64,000 nt of DNA from an uncultured Sutterella sp. (GTDB lineage: Bacteria > Pseudomonadota > Gammaproteobacteria > Burkholderiales > Burkholderiaceae_F), in NCBI GenBank assembly GCA_905197905.1, contig CAJKAP010000008.1, positions 52,460 to 116,459 on the forward strand, read 5' to 3'. The translations under genes were made by a program, and so were the position numbers. This document shows positions 18,890-28,511 of this stretch, one piece after another (within the stretch, counting starts at the first letter, position 1; every line of letters begins with the position of its first letter). The notes under the pieces are model-generated. The model ran no database searches and was not told the origin of the DNA. It saw only the letters and a list, made by a program, of their open reading frames with translations.

Positions 18890-19678
18890 TTATTCATCGT
18901 CATCAAGAACGAGCGGGGTTAAGCCCTTCAATTCGTCCTCAGCGGAAATTTTGTCTCCATGAACACCCTGTTCACGTAAGCGTCGATACGCGTCACGCAC
19001 CGCTACGTATTCATCAATCGTGTTGGCGCGCATTTCATCAAATCCAGAATCAATGAGACTAGAACGAGCGTCAACTACTGTTACAGCCGCCCATCCCAGC
19101 TTCGCGGGCCATTTACTATCACCCACAATGTGTTCATTAGAGAGCACATAGGTCATGGGATTGGTCACATAAGCCACAGGCCAACTCCAAATATCTCGAG
19201 CGCCTGATGGTCCCAATAGAGGCAACACCAGATAGGGTCCAGGCCCCACACCCCAGGTAGCCAAAGTGCGACCAAAGTCTTCTTTGTGTTTATCCATGCC
19301 AATCCAGCTTGCTACGTCAAAAAGACCGCCAATCCCAAAGGTAGAGTTCACTAGGAAACGGAAGGCACTTTCGATCCCTGCATTCACCTTGCCTTGCAAG
19401 AGATTATTGACGGCGTTGTTGGGCTCACCAACATTGTTCACAGCATTGGAAACACCCTCTTGAGCAAAATTAGGTGTGATAGCACGGTAGCCTTTTGTCA
19501 CAGGCAAAATAACCCACTCATCGACCTTCGTGTTGAATGCATAAATCTTACGATTCACGTTCTCATATGGATCGTCTGGGCTAGCCGTCTGCGTCTGCTG
19601 AGAAGATGTTGCGCACCCTGCGAGTAGAGAACAACTAATAAGACTAGCCGCCATCCATGCCGACAGTTTCCTTGTCAT
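18890..19678 (-). CDS. mlaA: Outer-membrane lipoprotein MlaA/VacJ
   Basis: The product has a lipobox (LLAGC) and VacJ-like motifs (DPYENVNRKIYAFN, FGIGG). Confidence 0.85.
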   Translation of the reverse strand: MTRKLSAWMAASLISCSLLAGCATSSQQTQTASPDDPYENVNRKIYAFNTKVDEWVILPVTKGYRAITPNFAQEGVSNAVNNVGEPNNAVNNLLQGKVNAGIESAFRFLVNSTFGIGGLFDVASWIGMDKHKEDFGRTLATWGVGPGPYLVLPLLGPSGARDIWSWPVAYVTNPMTYVLSNEHIVGDSKWPAKLGWAAVTVVDARSSLIDSGFDEMRANTIDEYVAVRDAYRRLREQGVHGDKISAEDELKGLTPLVLDDDE

Positions 19679-19696
19679 TGCTGACTCCTACCGTGA

Positions 19697-20167
19697 TTAC
19701 TTGCCCGACTTTTCAGCCGTGTTGTACATAAATTGACTAATGAGGTTTTCTAAGACCACGGCGCTCTGCGTGCGCTTGATATGATCCCCGTTTTTGAGGT
19801 TTTCTTCGTCCGCTCCTGGATCAATACCCACGTACTGCTCGCCCAAAAGACCAGCGGTCAAGATCTTGGCGGAGCTATCCGTGGGGAAGTTGTAGCGCGA
19901 ATCCATATCCATCAACACCTGAGCCTGGAAGGTCTGAGAGTCAAAGGAAATAGCCTTCACACGACCAACAACAACGCCAGCCGACTTAATAGCTGCGCGG
20001 GGTTTGAGACCGCCGATGTTATCGAAAGAAGCGGTGACTTCATAGGTCTTATTTCCAAAAGAAAAGCTTCCCAAGTTAGCGGCTTGTAGCGATAAAAAGA
20101 GTAGTGCCACAGCGCCTAAAACGATAAAAAGGCCTACAAAAAATTCTAACGAGCGATTCTTATCCAT
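19697..20167 (-). CDS. mlaD: MCE-domain protein MlaD
   Basis: The product has an N-terminal TM segment and an MCE domain (GLKPRAAIKSAGVVVGRV). Confidence 0.9.
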   Translation of the reverse strand: MDKNRSLEFFVGLFIVLGAVALLFLSLQAANLGSFSFGNKTYEVTASFDNIGGLKPRAAIKSAGVVVGRVKAISFDSQTFQAQVLMDMDSRYNFPTDSSAKILTAGLLGEQYVGIDPGADEENLKNGDHIKRTQSAVVLENLISQFMYNTAEKSGK

Positions 20168-20182
20168 TTTATTCGTTATTCC

Positions 20183-20962
20183 TTAGAACGTCGTAAACAT
20201 CCCTGCTGTCATCATGAAGTCCAGGCCCAGCACTAGCATAGAGGAGAGCACCACTGTCGAGGTGGTTGCTCGCGAGACACCATCTGGGGTCGGACGAGAG
20301 ACATACCCATTAAAAAGAGAAATCAACACAACAGCGATACCAAAAACTACACTCTTGATAAAGCCATTACCAATATCGGTAAACACGTCAATGGAGCTTT
20401 GCATCTGACTCCAGAACGCGCCATTATCTGTACCAATGAGCGCAACACCCACGAGCCAAGCGCCCAAAATGCCAACGGCGGAAAAAATCAAACTCAAGAT
20501 CGGCATTGAAATGAAGGCGCCCCAGAAGCGCGGAGCTAAAACACGAGCCACAGGGTCAACACCCATCATTTCCATGGCGGCAATCTGCTCGCCCGCGCGC
20601 ATGAGCCCAATTTCAGCAGTAAGCGCTGTGCCAGCTCGCCCAGCGAAAAGAAGCGCCGTCACAACAGGACCCAGCTCTCGCACCAAAGAAAGCGCAACCA
20701 AAACACCCAGTGCTTGTTCACTACCATAGCGCACTAGAGTGTAGTAACCTTGCAGCCCCAACACAAAGCCCACAAAGAGCCCTGAAACCGCAATAATCAA
20801 GAGCGAATAGTTCCCGATAAAGTTAATCTGGCGCACAATCTGCGCAAACGAGGCACGGTGCAAGCGCGCGAGCAAATGCACGGAGAAAAAACCAAAGCGA
20901 CCAATGCGCCGAACAATACGTACTACGATCCGGCCGACCGCTACAAAAAAGTCGGTGATCAT
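20183..20962 (-). CDS. mlaE: ABC transporter permease MlaE
   Basis: It is a multi-TM permease with a LVRELGPVVTALLFAGRAG motif, and it overlaps mlaF by 4 nt. Confidence 0.9.
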   Translation of the reverse strand: MITDFFVAVGRIVVRIVRRIGRFGFFSVHLLARLHRASFAQIVRQINFIGNYSLLIIAVSGLFVGFVLGLQGYYTLVRYGSEQALGVLVALSLVRELGPVVTALLFAGRAGTALTAEIGLMRAGEQIAAMEMMGVDPVARVLAPRFWGAFISMPILSLIFSAVGILGAWLVGVALIGTDNGAFWSQMQSSIDVFTDIGNGFIKSVVFGIAVVLISLFNGYVSRPTPDGVSRATTSTVVLSSMLVLGLDFMMTAGMFTTF

Positions 20963-21756
20963 GGGCGTACTCCAAAGTCTTCATTGAGCTCTGCGGCAGG
21001 ATAGTGGAATCGCACTGGTCCATCAGGCTGTCCTTCAATGAACTGCCGGACATAAGGATTCTTCGAGGTCATCAAGTCGGCGGGCGTTCCCTGCGCAATA
21101 ATCTGTCGCGAATTCAGCATGTAGACATAGTCCGCGATATCAAAAGTTTCCTGCACATCATGGGTCACGATAATGGAGGTACAGTGAAGTGCATCGTTCA
21201 AACGACGAATTAAGCGCGCCGTCACGCCCATCGAAATGGGATCCAAACCAGCAAACGGTTCGTCATACATAATGAGAGACGGATCAAGCGCAATCGCGCG
21301 AGCCAAGGCAACGCGACGCCCCATGCCACCTGAAATTTCAGAAGGCATCAAATTTGCAGCTCCACGCAAACCCACAGCGTTCAATTTCATGAGAACTAAG
21401 TCGCGAATAGCTTCTTCATCGAGTTCGGTTTGTTCACGCAACGGGAAAGCTACATTATCGAACACCGACAAGTCAGTAAAGAGCGCACCGAATTGGAAAA
21501 GCATCCCAATTCGCTTTCTCAATCGATAAAGAGCCTTGTCGTTATCGGGATCGAGAACTTCACCATCAATTGTGACAGTGCCTGATAGCGGCATTAAAAG
21601 CCCACCAATCAGCTTCAAGATCGTAGTCTTACCCATGCCCGAGCCACCCATAATGGCTACAACTTGACCACGTCCAAATTTCATGGTCACGTTTTCGAGA
21701 ATAAGTCGACTCCCGTATCCAAACGTCAAGTTCTCTAAAGAGACGTAATTTTCCAT
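20959..21756 (-). CDS. mlaF: ABC transporter ATP-binding protein MlaF
   Basis: The product has a Walker A motif (GGSGMGKTT), the ABC signature (ISGGMGRRVALARA) and a Walker B motif (IMYDEP). Confidence 0.9.
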   Translation of the reverse strand: MENYVSLENLTFGYGSRLILENVTMKFGRGQVVAIMGGSGMGKTTILKLIGGLLMPLSGTVTIDGEVLDPDNDKALYRLRKRIGMLFQFGALFTDLSVFDNVAFPLREQTELDEEAIRDLVLMKLNAVGLRGAANLMPSEISGGMGRRVALARAIALDPSLIMYDEPFAGLDPISMGVTARLIRRLNDALHCTSIIVTHDVQETFDIADYVYMLNSRQIIAQGTPADLMTSKNPYVRQFIEGQPDGPVRFHYPAAELNEDFGVRP

Positions 21757-21799
21757 AGTTTCTTGTTATTTGGGTGGCACACTGAAGAGTCACACCTAC

Positions 21800-22276
21800 T
21801 TAAAGTCCTGCACTAGGCATGAAGCGCACAAGACGTTGAATGCCAAGCTCTGCCAAAAGCGGAGAATCCGAAGGAACGAGCTCGAAAGAATTGACCACGC
21901 CTTCGTGAATCGTCACAGGTTTACGCTGTACAAAATCAACGAAAACCCACTCCGTCGCTCCAACCATTAAGACTTCATCACCTCGTTTTAAAGCATAACG
22001 ACGCAACGAAGAAAAACGTTTGAGACTCTGTACCCAAGTGTAAAGAACCAAATTATCTCCTAACAAGGCTGGGCGAAGGTATTCAATCCAGTGTTGTCTA
22101 GCCACCCAAGCGGAGTTAATTTTTTTCAACTCTTCAAAAGGCCATCCATTGTGTGCGGCATGGCAAATCGCTGCCTCTTCCATCCAACGCAGATATTCCC
22201 GATTGTTGACGTGATCGAGCACGTCTATCGACTCGGGCTCCACATGGATATTAAGCTTATAAATCGCTTCCAACAT
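21800..22276 (-). CDS. 4HBT/YbgC-like acyl-CoA thioesterase
   Basis: The 158-aa product has a hotdog-fold N-terminal pattern (VEPESIDVLDHVNNREYLRWMEEAA). Confidence 0.8.
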   Translation of the reverse strand: MLEAIYKLNIHVEPESIDVLDHVNNREYLRWMEEAAICHAAHNGWPFEELKKINSAWVARQHWIEYLRPALLGDNLVLYTWVQSLKRFSSLRRYALKRGDEVLMVGATEWVFVDFVQRKPVTIHEGVVNSFELVPSDSPLLAELGIQRLVRFMPSAGL

Positions 22277-22693
22277 GAGTATTGTTTTGAATTTCGTTTC
22301 GATTAACTTTGTTGTTTGTAACCTGACAAAAAAGATGCCCTTTTTTTCACCTCAAAGTGAGCATCGCCAGGACAAATATTCACAATTTTTGTGAGGAGGC
22401 ATTTTTCACCTATCCCCTTGAGATTGTGAACATTTTTTTCTCTTTTTTTTCTGAGAAAGTAGAAGAGCTATTGTACCTAAAGAGCATTTGATATTCCTCA
22501 TTCGGACGAGTTCTTTTGTGCATCTTCTTGTCATTTGTCTCCCCCTCGACAGGAAAACGAGGAGAGGGCTTTCCCAGTCTATTAGGGACTTCGCTAGTAA
22601 TTTGCAATATCTTCATTGCCCTTGCTCTACACAGACAGGAGCTAAGTCGTCTACAATCTGAAGATCTTAGGACTTGTAGCGTCCTTTTTTTGT

Positions 22694-25096
22694 TTGACTT
22701 TCTGCTCCAATACTTCTGTGGCTTCAACCAACAAAAATTCCAACGCATCTCGTCAGAAATCCACTGGATCTGGTATCTGGTTCTTCGTTAAGTGGGGTTT
22801 CTTGACCCTGTGCACGCTCGCCATCGCTGTAGCGCTTGTCGGAGTGATTACGTTTTCACTCATCTATCGCCGCCTCCCACCTGTGGATCAGCTTCAGGAC
22901 TATCGTCCTAGCGTCCCCCTGCGCGTCTGGAGTGCAGACGGCAAATTGATCGGCGAATTTGGCGAAGAGCGCCGAGACTTCGTTCATCTGAAAGATGTGC
23001 CTGATTATGTGAAAAAAGCCATCTTAGCTGCTGAAGATGATGGCTTTTACGATCATCCTGGAATTGAAATATCAGGGATTGCGCGTGCCGCTATTGCGAA
23101 CATCATCACAGGGCGTCGCGCTCAAGGTGGCTCGACTATTACTCAGCAAGTCGCCCGTAATTTCTTCCTGTCCTCAGAGCGCACTTACAGCCGTAAGATC
23201 TATGAAATTGCGATGTCTTTCAAGATTGAAAAGACGCTCACCAAAGATGAAATTCTCACCATTTACTTGAACCAAATTTATTTAGGTCAGCGAGCTTACG
23301 GCTTCCAAAGTGCTGCAAAGACCTATTTTGGTCGTCCTTTGAGTGAAATTTCGATTGGTGAAGCCGCAACACTCGCTGGTCTGCCAGTGGCTCCATCTGC
23401 CTATAACCCAATTGTGAACCCAAGCCGCGCTCAGATGCGAAAAAACTACGTGTTGCGCCGCATGTATGAGTTGGGTTATATCGATGAGGTAACCTATCAG
23501 GCTGAAAAAGCTGCGCCGATTCTCACTCGCCGCGCTCCGACGCCAGAAGAATTGCTCACCGATCCGACAATAGAGAACCCGAACCGCGTTCCTGCTGCCT
23601 ACGCTGCCGAAGTGGCACGTATGCTGGTCTACGATGTGTTTAAAGACGAAACCTACACGCGAGGGATTAATGTATACACAACGATTGATTCTAAAGATCA
23701 AATCGCCGCCGTTGACGCTGTCCGTCGCAACTTGATTTCCTACGACCGTAAATACGGCTACCGTGGTCCCGAAGGCTTTGTGGATATCGGCAATTTAGAA
23801 ACACGCGCTAAGGCTATCAAGACCGCTTTGAGTAAAACAGCGAGCTCTCCGTTTATGGTACCTGCTGTGGTCATTGAAGCAAGTCCCAATAAACTGCATG
23901 TCGCGATTTCTCCAACAAGCGAAGTAACACTTGATGCAGATAGCTTGAAGTTTGGTCGTCGTTATCTTGGCAAAGGTGCGCAGAAAAACCCACTGATTCC
24001 TGGGTCTATTATCCGCATCATGCGTAACTCCAAGACGAATGAATGGACGCTCGCACAGGTTCCTCAGGTTGAATCCGCTTTTGTCGCCGCCGACTTTAAT
24101 ACAGGCGCCGTCAAAGCTTTGGTTGGGGGCTTTGACTTCAACCTCAACATGTTTAACCATGTCACGCAAGCCTGGCGTCAGCCTGGGTCCTCCTTCAAGC
24201 CCTTTGTTTATTCTGCGGCTTTAGAGAAGGGCTTTACACCTGCGACCATCATCAACGATGCTCCAATCAGTATCGATCCTAAACTCACCGGGAATAAACT
24301 CTGGGAGCCAAAGAACTACGATGGTCGTTACGCTGGTCCTATGACCTTGCGTAATGCCTTGGAACGCTCGAAGAACTTGGTCTCCGTTCGTATTCTTCAG
24401 GCCATTACGCCTCAGTACGCCCAACAGTACATTCAAAAGTTTGGTTTCATGCCAGAAAAACACCCTGCTGTACTTCCGATGGCTTTAGGGGCCGGTAGCG
24501 TAACGCCATGGCAAATGGTCGGAGCTTACTCTGTTTTCGCTAATGGTGGCTACCGCGTGCAACCTTATTTGATTGACCGCGTTACCGATGTGGACGGTCG
24601 CACTCTGATGAAAGCCACGAATCGCTCCGCGGGCGATGAAGCTATCCGTGTGATTTCGGATCGAAACGCCTACACGATGTACAGCCTCTTGCATAGCGTT
24701 GCCGTGCGCGGTACTGCAGCTCGTACAACAGCAATGCTCAAGCGCAAAGACTTAGCAGGGAAAACGGGAACGAGTAACGACGCGCATGATGCTTGGTTCT
24801 GCGGCATTGGCGGCAACTTAGTCGGGGTTTCTTGGTTGGGTTACGACACACCTAAGCCTCTCGGTTCTCGTGAAACGGGTGGCGGTTTAGCACTTCCGAT
24901 TTGGGTGGAATTTATGAATACAGCCCTCAAGGGACAGCCTGACTATGTTCGTGTCCGTCCTAATAGCATCACGGAAACCAACGGAGAAGTCTTCTACAAG
25001 GAACCTATTGGTGGTGCTCCTCTCGGATTCTACGATGACGGGCAACAAACGTTTGACCAGTCAACGCACGACCTTATCCGAGACCAGATCTTCTAA
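22694..25096 (+). CDS. mrcA: Penicillin-binding protein 1A (bifunctional transglycosylase/transpeptidase)
   Basis: The product has the GT51 motifs (EDDGFYDHPG, GGSTITQQ), transpeptidase SxxK (GSSFKP) and KTGT. The start is uncertain, either TTG 22694 or GTG 22718, and neither has a clear Shine-Dalgarno. Confidence 0.9.
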   Translation: MTFCSNTSVASTNKNSNASRQKSTGSGIWFFVKWGFLTLCTLAIAVALVGVITFSLIYRRLPPVDQLQDYRPSVPLRVWSADGKLIGEFGEERRDFVHLKDVPDYVKKAILAAEDDGFYDHPGIEISGIARAAIANIITGRRAQGGSTITQQVARNFFLSSERTYSRKIYEIAMSFKIEKTLTKDEILTIYLNQIYLGQRAYGFQSAAKTYFGRPLSEISIGEAATLAGLPVAPSAYNPIVNPSRAQMRKNYVLRRMYELGYIDEVTYQAEKAAPILTRRAPTPEELLTDPTIENPNRVPAAYAAEVARMLVYDVFKDETYTRGINVYTTIDSKDQIAAVDAVRRNLISYDRKYGYRGPEGFVDIGNLETRAKAIKTALSKTASSPFMVPAVVIEASPNKLHVAISPTSEVTLDADSLKFGRRYLGKGAQKNPLIPGSIIRIMRNSKTNEWTLAQVPQVESAFVAADFNTGAVKALVGGFDFNLNMFNHVTQAWRQPGSSFKPFVYSAALEKGFTPATIINDAPISIDPKLTGNKLWEPKNYDGRYAGPMTLRNALERSKNLVSVRILQAITPQYAQQYIQKFGFMPEKHPAVLPMALGAGSVTPWQMVGAYSVFANGGYRVQPYLIDRVTDVDGRTLMKATNRSAGDEAIRVISDRNAYTMYSLLHSVAVRGTAARTTAMLKRKDLAGKTGTSNDAHDAWFCGIGGNLVGVSWLGYDTPKPLGSRETGGGLALPIWVEFMNTALKGQPDYVRVRPNSITETNGEVFYKEPIGGAPLGFYDDGQQTFDQSTHDLIRDQIF

Positions 25097-25109
25097 CCAA
25101 GACCCCGTG

Positions 25110-25153
25110 AAAAAATCGGTCATTGTTCAAAAGCGACAATGACCGATTTTTTT
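25110..25153. terminator. Bidirectional rho-independent terminator between convergent mrcA and cyaY
   Basis: A perfect 12-bp stem ATCGGTCATTGT / ACAATGACCGAT is flanked by an A-run on one side and a T-run on the other. Confidence 0.75.
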
Positions 25154-25234
25154 GTCTCTACACTTCTACTTAGAAAGCGAGAAGATGCGCAATTTTTTAC
25201 CAACGTTCTGAAGAGAAACGTTTAAACTTAACCT

Positions 25235-25549
25235 TTACACAGACTCTATCTCAACGCCCAATTTGGTCAAAACCTCGACGAGCGTTTCGTCAAGCGTTTT
25301 ATCCGATCGAGTATCACGCCAAGCACCGTCTTTCTGGTGGAAATGCAATCCGCCAAAGCGGGAAGCAACCCAGATTTCGTGCATCGGTGTTTGAATATTC
25401 ACGACAACCTGTTGGCCATCATCGAGTTCAATGGTTAACACGTTGCCACTACGCAATGTGTTGACTTCGTCACAGTTGTCGGAGAGGTATTCATCCAACG
25501 CTTCGATCTTGGCATTGGCCTGAGTCAAAAATTCAGTATCGTTATCCAT
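25235..25549 (-). CDS. cyaY: Frataxin-like iron donor CyaY
   Basis: The product contains LTIELDDGQQVVVNIQTPMHEIWVASRFGGLHF. The ATG at 25549 has an AAGGA upstream. The track start at 25588 is a GTG. Confidence 0.85.
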   Translation of the reverse strand: MDNDTEFLTQANAKIEALDEYLSDNCDEVNTLRSGNVLTIELDDGQQVVVNIQTPMHEIWVASRFGGLHFHQKDGAWRDTRSDKTLDETLVEVLTKLGVEIESV

Positions 25550-25562
25550 GAGAGGAATCCTT

Positions 25563-25682
25563 ATGTTACGCAAAGTGGTGTTAGTCACCCTTCTTGCTTC
25601 GATGTGTTATGGCCTGTCTGGCTGTGGGCTCAAAGGCCCTCTTTATATGCCGCCACAGACATCATTGTCGACACCATTTTAA
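25563..25682 (+). CDS. lptM: LptM/YifL-like small lipoprotein (39 aa, not in the ORF track)
   Basis: I translated it by hand as MLRKVVLVTLLASMCYGLSGCGLKGPLYMPPQTSLSTPF. It has a lipobox (LSGC) followed by the GxKGPLYxP motif, and it lies between cyaY and lysA as in many proteobacteria. Confidence 0.6.
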   Translation: MLRKVVLVTLLASMCYGLSGCGLKGPLYMPPQTSLSTPF

Positions 25683-25769
25683 TCCGCTTGAGCACACTTC
25701 GGCGAGCATTAGCTCTTTTGAACGTGTGCTCTCGTTTCACTTTGCCTTTTTGCCTTGAAATATCACCTC

Positions 25770-27050
25770 ATGACTTCGCCCAATTCTTCTACGTTTGGCT
25801 TCGTGCGCCGCAACCAAACGCTTTACTGTGAGAATGTCGATTGCGCTCATATTGCTAAAGAATTTGGTACGCCTTGCTATGTCTATTCCCGCGCTGTGAT
25901 TGAACATAATCTGAATGAGTTTGAAAAGGCGCTCTCTGAGGTGCGTCATGAAATTCGTTACGCTCTCAAGGCAAACTCTGCAGCTGGTATTCTGCAGATC
26001 ATCGCAAAACGAGGCCTTGGTGTAGACACAGTGAGCGAAGGTGAAATTCGCCGCGCACGTCGAGCAGGTATTCCTGCTGAGAAAATCGTTTTCTCTGGCG
26101 TAGGGAAAACCGACGCAGAAATTCGATATGCACTCCAAGAAGGCATTGGCTGTTTCAATGTGGAAAGTGTTGCGGAACTTCACCGCCTAAGCGATATTGC
26201 GACGCAATTAGGTATCGTTGCCCCGTTCTCTATTCGCTGTAACCCTGATGTTGATGCACAAACGCATCCCTATATTTCCACAGGGCTCAAAAAAAATAAG
26301 TTTGGGGTACCGATCGAATTTGCCGAGAAGCTTTATCTCGACTCGGCAAACCACCCTTACTTAAAGGCCATCGGAGTTGATGCCCATATTGGGAGTCAGA
26401 TCCTCGATCCACGCCCTCATACCGAATCCGCCCATAAACTCATTGATCTCATTTTGACCCTAAAGCGGGAGGGAATTGAACTAGAACACATTGATATCGG
26501 CGGTGGCTACGGGATCGCTTATGAAGAGCATGAAAAAGCTCCTGCACTCGCGGAGTTCTTCACCCCTATCATCACGCTACTGAAAAAAGCAGGTCTCTCT
26601 CAGCTAGCAGTCATGGTTGAACCAGGTCGTTCTATTGTGGCAAGCGCGGGCGTTTTGCTTTCGACTGTGCAGTACATGAAAGATACTGGAAGCCGCGTCT
26701 TTTGCATCACGGACACTGGGATGAATGACCTCATTCGTCCTGCTCTTTATTCGGCCTGGATGAATATTGAAGCGTTACATCCGAGCGATGTAGAACCTCG
26801 CCTCATGGATGTTGTAGGCCCCGTGTGCGAAAGCGCTGATTTTCTCGGAAAAGAGCGCAAACTCGCAGTGGGTGAGGGCGACATTCTCGTCGTTTTTGAT
26901 GCTGGTGCCTATGGAGCGAGCATGGCTAGCCGTTACAACTCGAGAGCTCTGCCTGCAGAAATTCTTGTGGACGAAGGGAAAATCCGTGTTCTGCGCGCGC
27001 CAGAGACCTTTGATGACATCATTTCTGGTGACAATTTGATCGCGCTTTAA
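25770..27050 (+). CDS. lysA: Diaminopimelate decarboxylase LysA
   Basis: The product contains FGTPCYVYS, YALKAN, DIGGGYGI and CESAD. I chose the ATG at 25770. The track start at 25755 is a TTG. Confidence 0.93.
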   Translation: MTSPNSSTFGFVRRNQTLYCENVDCAHIAKEFGTPCYVYSRAVIEHNLNEFEKALSEVRHEIRYALKANSAAGILQIIAKRGLGVDTVSEGEIRRARRAGIPAEKIVFSGVGKTDAEIRYALQEGIGCFNVESVAELHRLSDIATQLGIVAPFSIRCNPDVDAQTHPYISTGLKKNKFGVPIEFAEKLYLDSANHPYLKAIGVDAHIGSQILDPRPHTESAHKLIDLILTLKREGIELEHIDIGGGYGIAYEEHEKAPALAEFFTPIITLLKKAGLSQLAVMVEPGRSIVASAGVLLSTVQYMKDTGSRVFCITDTGMNDLIRPALYSAWMNIEALHPSDVEPRLMDVVGPVCESADFLGKERKLAVGEGDILVVFDAGAYGASMASRYNSRALPAEILVDEGKIRVLRAPETFDDIISGDNLIAL

Positions 27051-27098
27051 ATCCCATTTCAGCTTGCGTATTTCAGGTAAGGGCCGTAGAATTAATCA

Positions 27099-27138
27099 AC
27101 GTCGATTGAGAAGCAAATTCGTCAATCGGCGTTTTTTT
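27099..27138 (+). terminator. Rho-independent terminator after lysA
   Basis: ACGTCGATTGA / TCAATCGGCGT forms an 11-bp stem with one G-U pair, followed by TTTTTTT. Confidence 0.7.
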
Positions 27139-27336
27139 GTGCCCATTGTCCACGGAATTTTTGTGAAGCAAAATTCCTACCTGAGGGCCAAGAAACGCAA
27201 CTGGATCAGCTGCGTGAGAACTTTTTCTCATTGTCAGATTGTCTATCTAGGGCCTCTTATCTGAAGAGGATATTTAAGCCTATTCAGGATTCCCCACTAG
27301 CGCTGTCTGAAGCGGAATCCCTTTCAGGGATATACC

Positions 27337-28380
27337 ATGCATATTGAAAACACTGTCAAACTTGACTTCAAAGACGTCCTTATTCGCCCGAAACGTTCCA
27401 CACTCTCGAGCCGTAGTGAAGTAGATATTACCCGCGAATTCAAGTTTCTCCATTCTCCTGTTGTCTACCACGACATCCCTATCATCGCTGCCAACATGGA
27501 CACCACTGGCACCTTTGAAATGGCGCGTGCTTTAGGCAAACACGGCATGTCGGTTGCTTTACACAAGCACTACGATGTAGAAGAGTACACCGCCTTTTTC
27601 AGTAGCCTTGACAAGAAGTCGACCGCTTTTTACTCGCTCGGCATCGGCGATGGAGACTGGACTAAGTTCCAGGATGTCATGACCAAAGCCCCTGGTGCCA
27701 TTCAGTACGTTTGTATTGACGTAGCGAATGGCTACACTGAAAGCTTCGTCGCTTTCATCAAGAAAGTTCGCGCCACTTATCCTGAATTGGTCATCATGGC
27801 TGGTAATGTGGTCACGGGCGATATGACGGAAGAATTGATTTTGGCAGGTGCCGACATAGTCAAAGTGGGGATTGGTCCTGGCTCCGTCTGTACGACCCGT
27901 AAAATGACTGGAGTGGGCTATCCCCAGCTCTCTGCGATCATTGAATGTGCTGATGCTGCTCATGGTTTGGGTGGTCGCATTTGTGCAGACGGCGGCTGCA
28001 CGGTTCCTGGCGATATTGCCAAGGCCTTTGGTGCTGGAGCTGACTTCGTGATGTTGGGCGGCATGCTCGCTGGACATGATGAAGCTGGTGGCGAAACGGT
28101 TGAACAAGATGGTAAAACCTTCAAGAAGTTCTACGGCATGAGCTCTAAATCCGCTATGGATAAGTATGCCGGTGGCGTGGCAAAGTATCGTGCAGCTGAA
28201 GGCAAGACCGTCTTAATTCCTGCTCGTGGTCCTGTGGAAGGTACTGTGCAAGACATCTTAGGTGGTGTGCGTAGTGCTTGCACTTACGTGGGCGCCCGTC
28301 GCCTCAAGGAACTCACGATGCGTACGACCTTTGTGCGCGTAAGCATGCAGTTAAATGAAGTCTTCGGTAAGGCTCCTTGA
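27337..28380 (+). CDS. guaC: GMP reductase GuaC
   Basis: The 347-aa product is close to my recollection of E. coli GuaC throughout ([44 protein letters not shown]). Confidence 0.93.
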   Translation: MHIENTVKLDFKDVLIRPKRSTLSSRSEVDITREFKFLHSPVVYHDIPIIAANMDTTGTFEMARALGKHGMSVALHKHYDVEEYTAFFSSLDKKSTAFYSLGIGDGDWTKFQDVMTKAPGAIQYVCIDVANGYTESFVAFIKKVRATYPELVIMAGNVVTGDMTEELILAGADIVKVGIGPGSVCTTRKMTGVGYPQLSAIIECADAAHGLGGRICADGGCTVPGDIAKAFGAGADFVMLGGMLAGHDEAGGETVEQDGKTFKKFYGMSSKSAMDKYAGGVAKYRAAEGKTVLIPARGPVEGTVQDILGGVRSACTYVGARRLKELTMRTTFVRVSMQLNEVFGKAP

Positions 28381-28410
28381 TACTCACGTCTTTTTTGTGA
28401 GTAAGCGCTT

Positions 28411-28450
28411 AGCCTCTGAGGTTTACGTGATCTCAGAGGCTTTCTTTTTT
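28411..28450 (+). terminator. Rho-independent terminator after guaC
   Basis: A 9-bp stem AGCCTCTGA / TCAGAGGCT is followed by TTCTTTTTT. Confidence 0.75.
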
Positions 28451-28511
28451 GCTGGTATTCTCTGGCCTTTGCTCGACTAAAAGTGAGTGCTCCGCTACAA
28501 TCTAACCAACA

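Noticed and set aside
22410-22748. 112-aa minus-strand ORF in the thioesterase/mrcA spacer
   Set aside because: Its product is lysine/arginine/serine-rich and low-complexity, translated from poly-A/T runs. It overlaps the mrcA 5' end and has no Shine-Dalgarno. It is probably spurious, though the region itself is flagged as a finding.
27064-27264. 66-aa plus-strand ORF between lysA and guaC
   Set aside because: It contains the lysA intrinsic terminator inside its coding frame. It has a TTG-type start and a basic, low-complexity product.
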